Positions 1-6,916 of a DNA stretch of 24,319 bases are shown here, one piece after another. Location: IMG/VR virus record IMGVR_UViG_2923302340_000011, positions 1 through 24,319 of that record; one strand, given 5' to 3'. Every line of letters begins with the position of its first letter. The first letter of the stretch is position 1. The stretch comes from a virus. Lineage: Duplodnaviria; Heunggongvirae; Uroviricota; Caudoviricetes. Under the pieces are notes generated by a model, which did no database searches, was not told where the DNA came from, and worked only from the letters and a program-made list of their open reading frames with translations. The translations under genes and the position numbers were made by a program.

Positions 1-8
1 AAGAAATA

Positions 9-38
9 GGGCTTCCACCTGGGAAGCCCTTTCTTTTT
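9..38. terminator. Rho-independent terminator downstream of pspG, probably bidirectional
   Basis: Hairpin GGGCTTCC-ACCTG-GGAAGCCC (9-29) followed by TTTCTTTTT on the + strand and preceded by an A-rich tract, giving a U-tract on either strand. Confidence 0.6.
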
Positions 39-165
39 ATAGTTCGGCTGTATGTAGGGTACAGCACGATGAATCTGTTAGAGGCGCAATAGTGACAGAT
101 TTGATTATCAATTCCTATTTTGTTCTAAGGATAAAACCTTAGGTTGTGATCATCCGCACAATCCC

Positions 166-408
166 TTAGTAACGCCAGCGGTCATAACGCTGATATTTAG
201 GCACTTTTGGTGCTTTAATCGCCTTAATAACCCACACCACCGCAATCGCCAGTAGTAACCACGGCAGCAACTTAATCATCAATGCCAGCATACCGCCGAG
301 GAACATAATGGCCGTCGCCACAACCAGCGCAGCGATAATACCCAGCAACGAAACGCCGGTGACCATCAGCATGACAAAAAAGCCAATCACAAAAAGTAGT
401 TCCAGCAT
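166..408 (-). CDS. pspG: Phage shock protein G, 80-aa inner-membrane protein
   Basis: The C-terminal 80 aa of track ORF 166..618 (MLELLFVIGFF...KYQRYDRWRY) are recognised as PspG. ATG at 408..406 is preceded by GGGAGA. The longer track ORF would start upstream of the promoter and is rejected. Confidence 0.88.
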   Translation of the reverse strand: MLELLFVIGFFVMLMVTGVSLLGIIAALVVATAIMFLGGMLALMIKLLPWLLLAIAVVWVIKAIKAPKVPKYQRYDRWRY

Positions 409-442
409 GATGCTCTCCCAAATATGAAATCTCTTGCTGGCA

Positions 443-459
443 TTACAAGAATCATGCCA
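443..459 (-). promoter_or_regulatory. Sigma54 (-24/-12) promoter of pspG
   Basis: Minus-strand TGGCATGATTCTTGTAA has GG and TTGT at the spacing of the TGGCAC-N5-TTGCA consensus, about 35 nt upstream of the pspG ATG. pspG is a known PspF/sigma54-dependent gene. Confidence 0.55.
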
Positions 460-541
460 AAAATAATCTATTGATTTAACAGCAAAACGCCCCGCGACGG
501 TGCGCAGGGCGTGGTGAATTTGACTACTTTTTGGTGAAAAG

Positions 542-1579
542 TTAACGCTTATCTGCCACCAGTTTGAGCGCGTGTTCCAGCACGTTAATGTCAGCACCAG
601 CTTTATGGGCATTTTCACTTAAATAACGCCGCCACTGCCGCGCGCCAGGAATACCCTGGAACAAGCCCAGCATATGCCGGGTAATATGGCCAAGATACGT
701 CCCCTGGCTGAGTTCACGCTCAATGTACGGATACATGGCGCGCACTACCGCCACCGGATCGGCATCGGTATCCGAGGAACCAAAGATCTCTCGGTCTACC
801 GCCGCCAGAATACCCGGATTCTGATACGCTTCGCGCCCGACCATCACGCCATCCATATGTTGCAAATGCGCTTTTGCCTCTTCCAGCGACTTGATGCCAC
901 CGTTAATCGACATTGTCAGATGCGGAAAGTCACGCTTCAGTTGATACACACGCGGATAATCGAGCGGCGGGATTTCACGGTTTTCTTTCGGGCTTAACCC
1001 CGAAAGCCAGGCTTTACGTGCGTGGATGATGAACATCTCACACTCGCCTTTGCCGGAAACGGTGTTGATGAAATCGCAGAGAAATTCATAGCTGTCCTGG
1101 TCGTCGATGCCAATACGCGTTTTCACCGTCACCGGAATCGACACCACATCGCGCATCGCTTTCACGCAGTCGGCAACCAGCTGCGCATTACCCATCAGAC
1201 ACGCCCCAAACATGCCGTTCTGCACCCGGTCAGACGGGCAGCCGACATTCAGGTTGATCTCATCATATCCGCGCGCTTCTGCCAGCTTTGCACACTGCGC
1301 CAGCGCCGCCGGATCGCTACCGCCCAGTTGCAATGCTACCGGATGTTCTTCTTCACTGTACGCCAGGTAATCACCTTTACCGTGAATAATCGCCCCTGTA
1401 GTCACCATTTCGGTATACAGCAACGTATTGCGGGAAAGCAGACGCAAGAAATAGCGGCAATGTCTGTCCGTCCAGTCGAGCATAGGAGCAATGCTAAACC
1501 GAGAATTCCAGTAAACACCAGTTTTTTCAGGCATCACGCTGGTTTGATTAATTTTTTGTGTTTCATGATTATCGTGCAT
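542..1579 (-). CDS. dusA: tRNA-dihydrouridine synthase A
   Basis: 345-aa ORF with the Dus-family TIM-barrel sequence (…[20 protein letters not shown]…[10 protein letters not shown]…) recognised as DusA. The first codons are adjacent to the prophage integrase and may be phage-supplied; an alternative start is M16 (MPEKTG, ATG at 1534). Confidence 0.9.
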   Translation of the reverse strand: MHDNHETQKINQTSVMPEKTGVYWNSRFSIAPMLDWTDRHCRYFLRLLSRNTLLYTEMVTTGAIIHGKGDYLAYSEEEHPVALQLGGSDPAALAQCAKLAEARGYDEINLNVGCPSDRVQNGMFGACLMGNAQLVADCVKAMRDVVSIPVTVKTRIGIDDQDSYEFLCDFINTVSGKGECEMFIIHARKAWLSGLSPKENREIPPLDYPRVYQLKRDFPHLTMSINGGIKSLEEAKAHLQHMDGVMVGREAYQNPGILAAVDREIFGSSDTDADPVAVVRAMYPYIERELSQGTYLGHITRHMLGLFQGIPGARQWRRYLSENAHKAGADINVLEHALKLVADKR

Positions 1580-1611
1580 TTTTGAACATTTCAGGCTGTT
1601 TTTCTCGCGTT

Positions 1612-1648
1612 AGGTTCCCGCACAGGTTCCCACGTTTTATGGGAACCC
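1612..1648. promoter_or_regulatory. Cluster of GGTTCCC repeats directly upstream of int; candidate integrase arm sites or int operator
   Basis: AGGTTCCC at 1612-1619 and 1624-1631 as a tandem direct repeat, plus inverted GGGAACC at 1641-1647 forming GGTTCCC-N9-GGGAACC. A possible -35 TTGAAC lies at 1582-1587. Confidence 0.4.
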
Positions 1649-1667
1649 GAAATAACGAGGTCGTGTA

Positions 1668-2765
1668 ATGGCGTACTATAACATAGAGAAGCGACTAAAA
1701 TCCGATGGCACACCACGCTATCGCTGTAATGTGATTATCAAAGAAAAAGGTGTTATCACTTACAGGGAAAGCAAAACATTCCCTAAACATGCTCATGCCA
1801 AAACATGGGGAACACAGAAAGTGATGGAATTAGATCTATATGGCATTCCATCATCAAATGCAGTTGACGGACTTACAGTCCGTGACTTACTACACAAATA
1901 TTTAAATGACCCAAATGCCGGAGGTAAAGCAGGCCGTACTAAAAGATATGTGCTGGAACTGCTTATGGATAGTGACATCTCCGCGATCAAACTATCTGAA
2001 CTGACAGAAAATGACGTAATTGAACATTGCAGGCTAAGAAACAACGCTGGTGCAGGTCCAGCAACAGTCAGCCACGATGTTAGTTATCTTGGCAGTGTTC
2101 TGGATGCGGCCAAACCTGTATACGGAATTAATTACACATCAAACCCGGCGAAAAGCGCTCGCCCATATCTACTTAAACTTGGTTTGATTGGTAAATCAAA
2201 CCGTCGTAATCGTAGACCAGCATCTGATGAACTGGACATGCTCATTGAAGGCCTTCAACAACGATCTACTCATAAATGCTCAAAAATTCCGTTCGTTGAT
2301 ATCCTCAAATTTTCTGTGTGGTCCTGTATGCGGATCGGAGAAGTATGCCGGTTACGATGGGAAGATCTCGACCAGGAACAAAAATCTATACTCGTAAGAG
2401 ACAGGAAAGATCCACGCAAAAAGGAAGGCAACCACATGAAAGTAGCCTTGCTTGGGGAAGCCTGGGATATCGTCCAACGACAGCCCAAAAAATCGGAATT
2501 CATTTTTCCATATAACAGCACTTCTGTTACTGCAGGATTTCAGAGGGTAAGAAGCAAATTAGGTATTAAAGATCTGCGATACCATGATTTGCGTAGAGAA
2601 GGGGCAAGTCGCTTATTTGAGGCTGGTTTTAGTATTGAGGAAGTCGCTCAGGTTACAGGGCATCGTTCATTAAACGTGCTATGGCAGGTATATACCGAAC
2701 TGTATCCGAAATCTTTACATAATCGTTTTGAAGAGCTCCAAAGGAGCAGAAATAAGACCTCTTGA
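1668..2765 (+). CDS. int: Tyrosine-type phage integrase, candidate dusA-associated integrase
   Basis: 365-aa ORF; ATG at 1668 with GAGG 7 nt upstream. C-terminal region has tyrosine-recombinase-like motifs (…HDLRREGASRL…VTGHRSL…VYTELY). Lies divergent to and directly beside the dusA 5' end. Confidence 0.8.
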   Translation: MAYYNIEKRLKSDGTPRYRCNVIIKEKGVITYRESKTFPKHAHAKTWGTQKVMELDLYGIPSSNAVDGLTVRDLLHKYLNDPNAGGKAGRTKRYVLELLMDSDISAIKLSELTENDVIEHCRLRNNAGAGPATVSHDVSYLGSVLDAAKPVYGINYTSNPAKSARPYLLKLGLIGKSNRRNRRPASDELDMLIEGLQQRSTHKCSKIPFVDILKFSVWSCMRIGEVCRLRWEDLDQEQKSILVRDRKDPRKKEGNHMKVALLGEAWDIVQRQPKKSEFIFPYNSTSVTAGFQRVRSKLGIKDLRYHDLRREGASRLFEAGFSIEEVAQVTGHRSLNVLWQVYTELYPKSLHNRFEELQRSRNKTS

Positions 2766-2813
2766 CACTGTTTATCCATACAGTTGAAAATAACACTGTA
2801 TACAAACACAGTA
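2762..2813 (+). promoter_or_regulatory. Promoter region with two tandem LexA (SOS) boxes upstream of the dinI-like gene
   Basis: Consensus -35 TTGACA at 2762-2767 overlapping the int stop codon. CTGT-N8-ACAG boxes at 2768-2783 (cactgtttatccatacagtt) and 2796-2811 (cactgtatacaaacacagta). GAGGGG Shine-Dalgarno at 2816-2821. Confidence 0.6.
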
Positions 2814-2826
2814 TAGAGGGGCTTTT

Positions 2827-3075
2827 ATGCGTATTGAGATCTGCATAGCCAAAGAAAAAATGACTAAAATGCCAAACGGTGCTGTGGATGCGTTAAAGGA
2901 AGAATTAACCCGACGCATCAGTAAACGTTATGACGATGTAGAGGTGATCGTAAAAGCCACCAGCAACGATGGCCTTTCTGTTACGCGCACCGCCGATAAA
3001 GATTCAGCTAAAACTTTTGTTCAGGAAACTCTGAAAGATACCTGGGAGTCTGCTGACGAGTGGTTTGTTCACTAA
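2827..3075 (+). CDS. DinI-like protein (SOS-inducible RecA modulator family)
   Basis: 82-aa ORF beginning MRIEICIAK and ending [11 protein letters not shown], closely resembling E. coli DinI (MRIEVTIAK…TWESADDWFV). Preceded by LexA boxes. Confidence 0.8.
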   Translation: MRIEICIAKEKMTKMPNGAVDALKEELTRRISKRYDDVEVIVKATSNDGLSVTRTADKDSAKTFVQETLKDTWESADEWFVH

Positions 3076-3141
3076 TTAGCACGTAAAATCAGTAACGGCT
3101 GGAAATCATTCAATACTCGCACTATCGAAAGTTAACCAGCC

Positions 3142-3188
3142 AGCCGCAGTATCCTATCATGACAAGTTACTGCGGCTTTTTACTTTTT
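3142..3188 (+). terminator. Rho-independent terminator after the dinI-like gene
   Basis: 10-bp stem AGCCGCAGTA (3142-3151) / TACTGCGGCT (3168-3177) followed by TTTTACTTTTT. Sits between convergent genes. Confidence 0.6.
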
Positions 3189-3192
3189 ATAT

Positions 3193-3480
3193 TTAACGGA
3201 TCAACATCCAGATCAGCAGACACGGCACCACCGGCACAGCAAAATCCATCAGGCTTGCCACATCCCACGCGCGCGGATCAAAACCGCCCCACCACGGCAT
3301 ATTCATTCGCTTGCCATGCCCGAACATTTCAATCCAGCGATATTCTGCCTGGGTGTGTTCCCGCGCAATGAAGAACGTACAACCAGCTATCGCACCGTAA
3401 ACCCAGTTTCCGGTAAAAAGGCCAATCAGTACCTGCGCAGCCACAGCACAAAGTGCATGAAGGAAAGGTGTTATATCCAT
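3193..3480 (-). CDS. Hypothetical small membrane protein (95 aa, two hydrophobic segments); possible lysogenic-conversion or exclusion protein
   Basis: Track ORF with hydrophobic stretches (LHALCAVAAQVLIGLF…, …FAVPVVPCLLIWMLI). Lies in the accessory zone between the tail-fibre genes and int. Function is inferred only. Confidence 0.45.
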   Translation of the reverse strand: MDITPFLHALCAVAAQVLIGLFTGNWVYGAIAGCTFFIAREHTQAEYRWIEMFGHGKRMNMPWWGGFDPRAWDVASLMDFAVPVVPCLLIWMLIR

Positions 3481-3490
3481 TACTCCTCCT

Positions 3491-4195
3491 TTATCCGATA
3501 TCGCTTCGGGAAACGGATAACAACTTTAATTCTGACTCAAGTTCATCAACTCTTTCAGTCAGCTTCTGGATATGGTGAATCAGTGGAACACCCAGACGTT
3601 CGTACATTACACCTTCGGCAACAAGGCCATTGCTGGAAATAGCTTCCGGTGCATCATCTTCGTTAGCTGGTCGCCAGTGTACAAACTGAGGGGCAATTTC
3701 TCCTACTTCCTCGGCAATCAATCCGTAGAATCCCCAGTCACGCCTGTCATTTTCGCATTGTGACCTGTACCACACAGGGCGCATCCTGAAAATGAGATCG
3801 GCGTGCTCTGAATCTATTGTCTCTACTGAATCTTTATAGCGGATAGACGATGTTGACCGCAGTACAGACGAAATTGCGGAGTCAGGATTAAGATAAAGGT
3901 TTGCCGCCGCTGTAGTCGTGCCCAATCCCCACAAATAAAACGCTTCACGGCCAGTCAGCGGGTAAAAATCTCCACCATAACGACCGCTTTCCAGAGCGTT
4001 CACTTCCAGTTTGTTTTTCAGCTTATTATCAACTTCAGTTTTTGTGTATCTGGAGCTGATATCCTGCTTTGCACTGGTCATATCAGTCTGAAGCGTTGAT
4101 ACTTTTCCGTTAATTGAGGAAATATCTTCCTTGGCTTTACTGACATCTCCCTTTAGCGTTTTGATGTCATCAGGAATTACTGTCGATGTAGCCAT
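3491..4195 (-). CDS. Tail-fibre-like protein made of a short coiled-coil region plus a C-terminal intramolecular chaperone (peptidase S74-like) domain
   Basis: C-terminal …GLIAEEVGEIAPQFV…YERLGVPLIHHIQKLTERVDELESELK matches the conserved motifs of endosialidase / T5 L-shaped-fibre chaperone domains (…LIAQEVEKVFPELV…YSRLVAPLIEAIKEL…), as recalled from memory. Confidence 0.6.
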   Translation of the reverse strand: MATSTVIPDDIKTLKGDVSKAKEDISSINGKVSTLQTDMTSAKQDISSRYTKTEVDNKLKNKLEVNALESGRYGGDFYPLTGREAFYLWGLGTTTAAANLYLNPDSAISSVLRSTSSIRYKDSVETIDSEHADLIFRMRPVWYRSQCENDRRDWGFYGLIAEEVGEIAPQFVHWRPANEDDAPEAISSNGLVAEGVMYERLGVPLIHHIQKLTERVDELESELKLLSVSRSDIG

Positions 4196-4204
4196 TTGTC
4201 TCCC

Positions 4205-4486
4205 TCACATCCAGCCACGAAGTTGATGCTCAACAACAATCGCGTATTTATCGAATATTGACGATTTTTTTGCATCATTAATGATGCGCACGCTTACAAA
4301 ATATCCGTCCTCCTTAACACATACCGGCTCGCCATCTTCAGTAAGTTCTCCGGTTTCTTTGTACACATTACCTATCACGTCAATAAGAATATCATCCTGC
4401 ATCGACTCGTCATCATAATAGCCAATGCTCTCCATAAAGGCCGAAAAGTCGGCCCTGTCGACAAATTTGAGTGTTAAATCTTTCAT
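4205..4486 (-). CDS. Hypothetical acidic 93-aa protein, translationally coupled to stf (TAATG overlap)
   Basis: Track ORF whose ATG (4486..4484) overlaps the stf stop (4488..4486). No recognisable family. Confidence 0.45.
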   Translation of the reverse strand: MKDLTLKFVDRADFSAFMESIGYYDDESMQDDILIDVIGNVYKETGELTEDGEPVCVKEDGYFVSVRIINDAKKSSIFDKYAIVVEHQLRGWM

Positions 4487-6858
4487 TAGATTAACTCCCC
4501 CACCTGAGCATCAGTCAATGCCTTGTGCCATATTCTGAAATTCCTGACATGACCAAATAAATGGCGTAAACCGGCTGTAGTCTGGCCTCCAATACGGATA
4601 ATTGCGGAGTTCTGAATACAGGACCATGTGGTTTTTGTTTCGCTGGATATGCGCCCGTTACTTACTGAGCACGTAGACTGATCTGATTTTACACGCATCC
4701 CCATAACCATTTTTTCAAGCGATGCGTTTTCGTTTACCCGTCTGTTAGCTCCTCCAATATCGCAATAAGGAAATCCGTCGTAATCTGTTGAACGACCGAA
4801 GCCAAGAATAATAGCCGCTCCGGTTTGATGACCGCCGGTATCAAAAACACGCGGCGCTGCATTTGGCGTTTTATACCAGTTCTTATGTACCTCACAAAGA
4901 ACCGTAAAAGGAAGATTATAAAGATTATTATTAATTGGAACTGTAACTATATCGCTTGCGCGGGTAGCCGCCGTCGTTCCTGAGATAATAAAAGATGATG
5001 CACACGAACCATCCTCAACCTGAGGGGTGGCCAGATAAATATAGTCTCCAGATACGGTTGCTCCGCCCTGCTTAGGAGAATACTGTATCTGAGAACCTAT
5101 TTTTAACTCCCCATCAATTGCCTGAATTGTTGCCTCTGCAAAAATCCATCCGGTAGCTTCGTCCTTTCTGACTCTCGCTGTAATCCTTGAGGCTGCACCG
5201 CCTGTCATATTAATTTCAAGCGTTTGTGTATCAATATACGCATCACCAAGAAAAGTTATTGCGCTACCGTCATATTTATCAAACCGGATACGCAACCTTA
5301 CCTGCAGTTCTGTTTTAAAACGACATGAAGTTGTCACGTATTTATTATCGCCTGAAACATCAACTGACTTTGTTGCAGCAATTGATGCCATATTAATGGC
5401 TGAGGTTTGCCCAATCAGAGAATCGTTGCAGACAAACTTTCCATAAGTAAAGCCAAAACTATCCGTCCCGGTTTCGGGCACATCCATATTTACCGACTTG
5501 CCCCAACTGGCAGGATTTTCCGAATTGAGCATGTAGTTTGTTCTTTGCCCCTCAATAAGCAGGCCATCACGTTCAAATCGTGGCTCGTCAATGGCAGCCT
5601 CTGTAAGCACACCAGATTTATTAATATAGGTTGCTTTCGATGCGCGTTTAAACTTAACCACCTTGTCACCAGGCATCGTTATTTCGTCGTCACCAATAAC
5701 AATCTTTTTATAAGATGGCGAAAAGCCCGTAATCATATCCAGTGAATCGTTAAATGGTATCCACACATCAGGCAGCGGCTGTAAGACATATTTATACGGC
5801 TCCGCAGCCTGGCTTGCGTACTCTCTGGCTGCATCTTCGCTTGCTTTAGCTGCCGTCTGGCTTGCTGCCGATGCTTTCGCTGAGTTCGCAGCCGCTGTTT
5901 CGCTCACCTTTGCGTTGGTTTCACTGGTTTTTGCTGCTTTTTGACTGTTGGCTGATGCAGTGGCAGAAGCAGCCGCCGCGCTTGCAGAACTGGCTGCGGC
6001 ACTCTCGCTTTGGGCTGCTGCATCCTGACTGTTTTTCGCCGCAGTTTCGCTGGCTTTGGCATTCGTTTCGCTGGTCTTCGCTGCCGTCTGGCTGGACTTT
6101 GCGTTAGTTTCACTCGTCTTCGCAGCTTTCTGGCTGTTAGCCGCAGCAGTTGCTGATCCAGCTGCTGAAGTCACAGAACCGGCTGCCGCGCTCTCGCTTT
6201 GGGCTGCTGCAACCTGGCTGTTTTTTGCCGCAGTTTCACTGGCTTTGGCATTCGTTTCGCTGGTTTTCGCTGCCGTCTGGCTGGACTTTGCGTTGGTTTC
6301 GCTCGTCTTTGCGGCTGTCTCGCTGTTTTTCGCGTTGGTTTCTGATTTTTTGGCTGCTGTCGCGGAGTTTGCCGATGCAGTCTTTGAGGTCGCTGCCGCC
6401 TGTGCACTATTAGCTGCATTCGTTTCTGAGGTTTTCGCCGCGTTCTTTGATGATGCCGCTGCAGTTTCGGATTTCTTTGCCGCCGCTGCGCTCTGAGAGG
6501 CGGCTTCAGCGTTGCGTGCCGCTTCTTCCACCATTTCCTCAAAACGACGCAATGCCTCCGGCATGACATCATCTTCCGTCATGGCACCGAGAAAATCATT
6601 CAGCGTACCTGGTCTGGAACCTTCATAGACGGTAATGGTTCCGGCATGTAAAGGCGGAAAACCCTCAACCAGCAGGGTGACGCTGTACTGGCCATACTCA
6701 ACATCCATACTGTAACGTCCGGCTTCATCCGGATTTTCAGAAGCCACCGTGTTCACCAGTACCGTGGTGCTGTTACGCTTTGCTTTGAGCTGAATAGTAC
6801 AGTTCTGTATTGGTTTTCCTGCACCGTCTTTCAGCACGCCTGAAATCTGTACTGCCAT
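4486..6858 (-). CDS. stf: Side tail fibre protein (mosaic Stf)
   Basis: N-terminus MAVQISGVLKDGAGKPIQNCTIQLKAKRNSTT… resembles lambda Stf. The central part is Ala/Ser/Thr-rich with SETNAK-type repeats; the C-terminal ~400 aa form a different receptor-binding-like domain. Start chosen at ATG 6858 (GGAG 7 nt upstream) rather than the track GTG at 6864. Confidence 0.8.
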   Translation of the reverse strand: MAVQISGVLKDGAGKPIQNCTIQLKAKRNSTTVLVNTVASENPDEAGRYSMDVEYGQYSVTLLVEGFPPLHAGTITVYEGSRPGTLNDFLGAMTEDDVMPEALRRFEEMVEEAARNAEAASQSAAAAKKSETAAASSKNAAKTSETNAANSAQAAATSKTASANSATAAKKSETNAKNSETAAKTSETNAKSSQTAAKTSETNAKASETAAKNSQVAAAQSESAAAGSVTSAAGSATAAANSQKAAKTSETNAKSSQTAAKTSETNAKASETAAKNSQDAAAQSESAAASSASAAAASATASANSQKAAKTSETNAKVSETAAANSAKASAASQTAAKASEDAAREYASQAAEPYKYVLQPLPDVWIPFNDSLDMITGFSPSYKKIVIGDDEITMPGDKVVKFKRASKATYINKSGVLTEAAIDEPRFERDGLLIEGQRTNYMLNSENPASWGKSVNMDVPETGTDSFGFTYGKFVCNDSLIGQTSAINMASIAATKSVDVSGDNKYVTTSCRFKTELQVRLRIRFDKYDGSAITFLGDAYIDTQTLEINMTGGAASRITARVRKDEATGWIFAEATIQAIDGELKIGSQIQYSPKQGGATVSGDYIYLATPQVEDGSCASSFIISGTTAATRASDIVTVPINNNLYNLPFTVLCEVHKNWYKTPNAAPRVFDTGGHQTGAAIILGFGRSTDYDGFPYCDIGGANRRVNENASLEKMVMGMRVKSDQSTCSVSNGRISSETKTTWSCIQNSAIIRIGGQTTAGLRHLFGHVRNFRIWHKALTDAQVGELI
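5860..6430. repeat. In-frame tandem repeats inside stf (about 189-bp unit with 42-bp sub-repeats)
   Basis: Near-identical blocks starting at about 5992 and 6180 (ggctgc…gctctcgctttgggctgctgca…), encoding repeated …KTSETNAKSSQTAAKTSETNAKASETAAKNSQ… units. Confidence 0.6.
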
Positions 6859-6873
6859 ATTCACTCCACAAAT

Positions 6874-6897
6874 AAAAAAGGCGCCATTTCTGGCGCC
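6874..6897 (-). terminator. Rho-independent terminator between J and stf
   Basis: 7-bp stem GGCGCCA (6880-6886) / TGGCGCC (6891-6897), loop TTTC, followed on the minus strand by UUUUUU (plus-strand A-run 6874-6879). Confidence 0.6.
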
Positions 6898-6916
6898 CGT
6901 ATTTGGGTTATAAAAT

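Noticed and set aside
166..618. 150-aa extended version of the pspG ORF
   Set aside because: The extension runs upstream through the sigma54 promoter and overlaps the dusA 3' end. PspG is the 80-aa C-terminal part, with its own Shine-Dalgarno.
5862..6572. ORFs 5862..6107, 5904..6113, 6056..6496, 6150..6413 and 6171..6572 inside stf
   Set aside because: These are alternative-frame and antisense readings of the in-frame tandem repeats of the tail-fibre gene, not independent genes.
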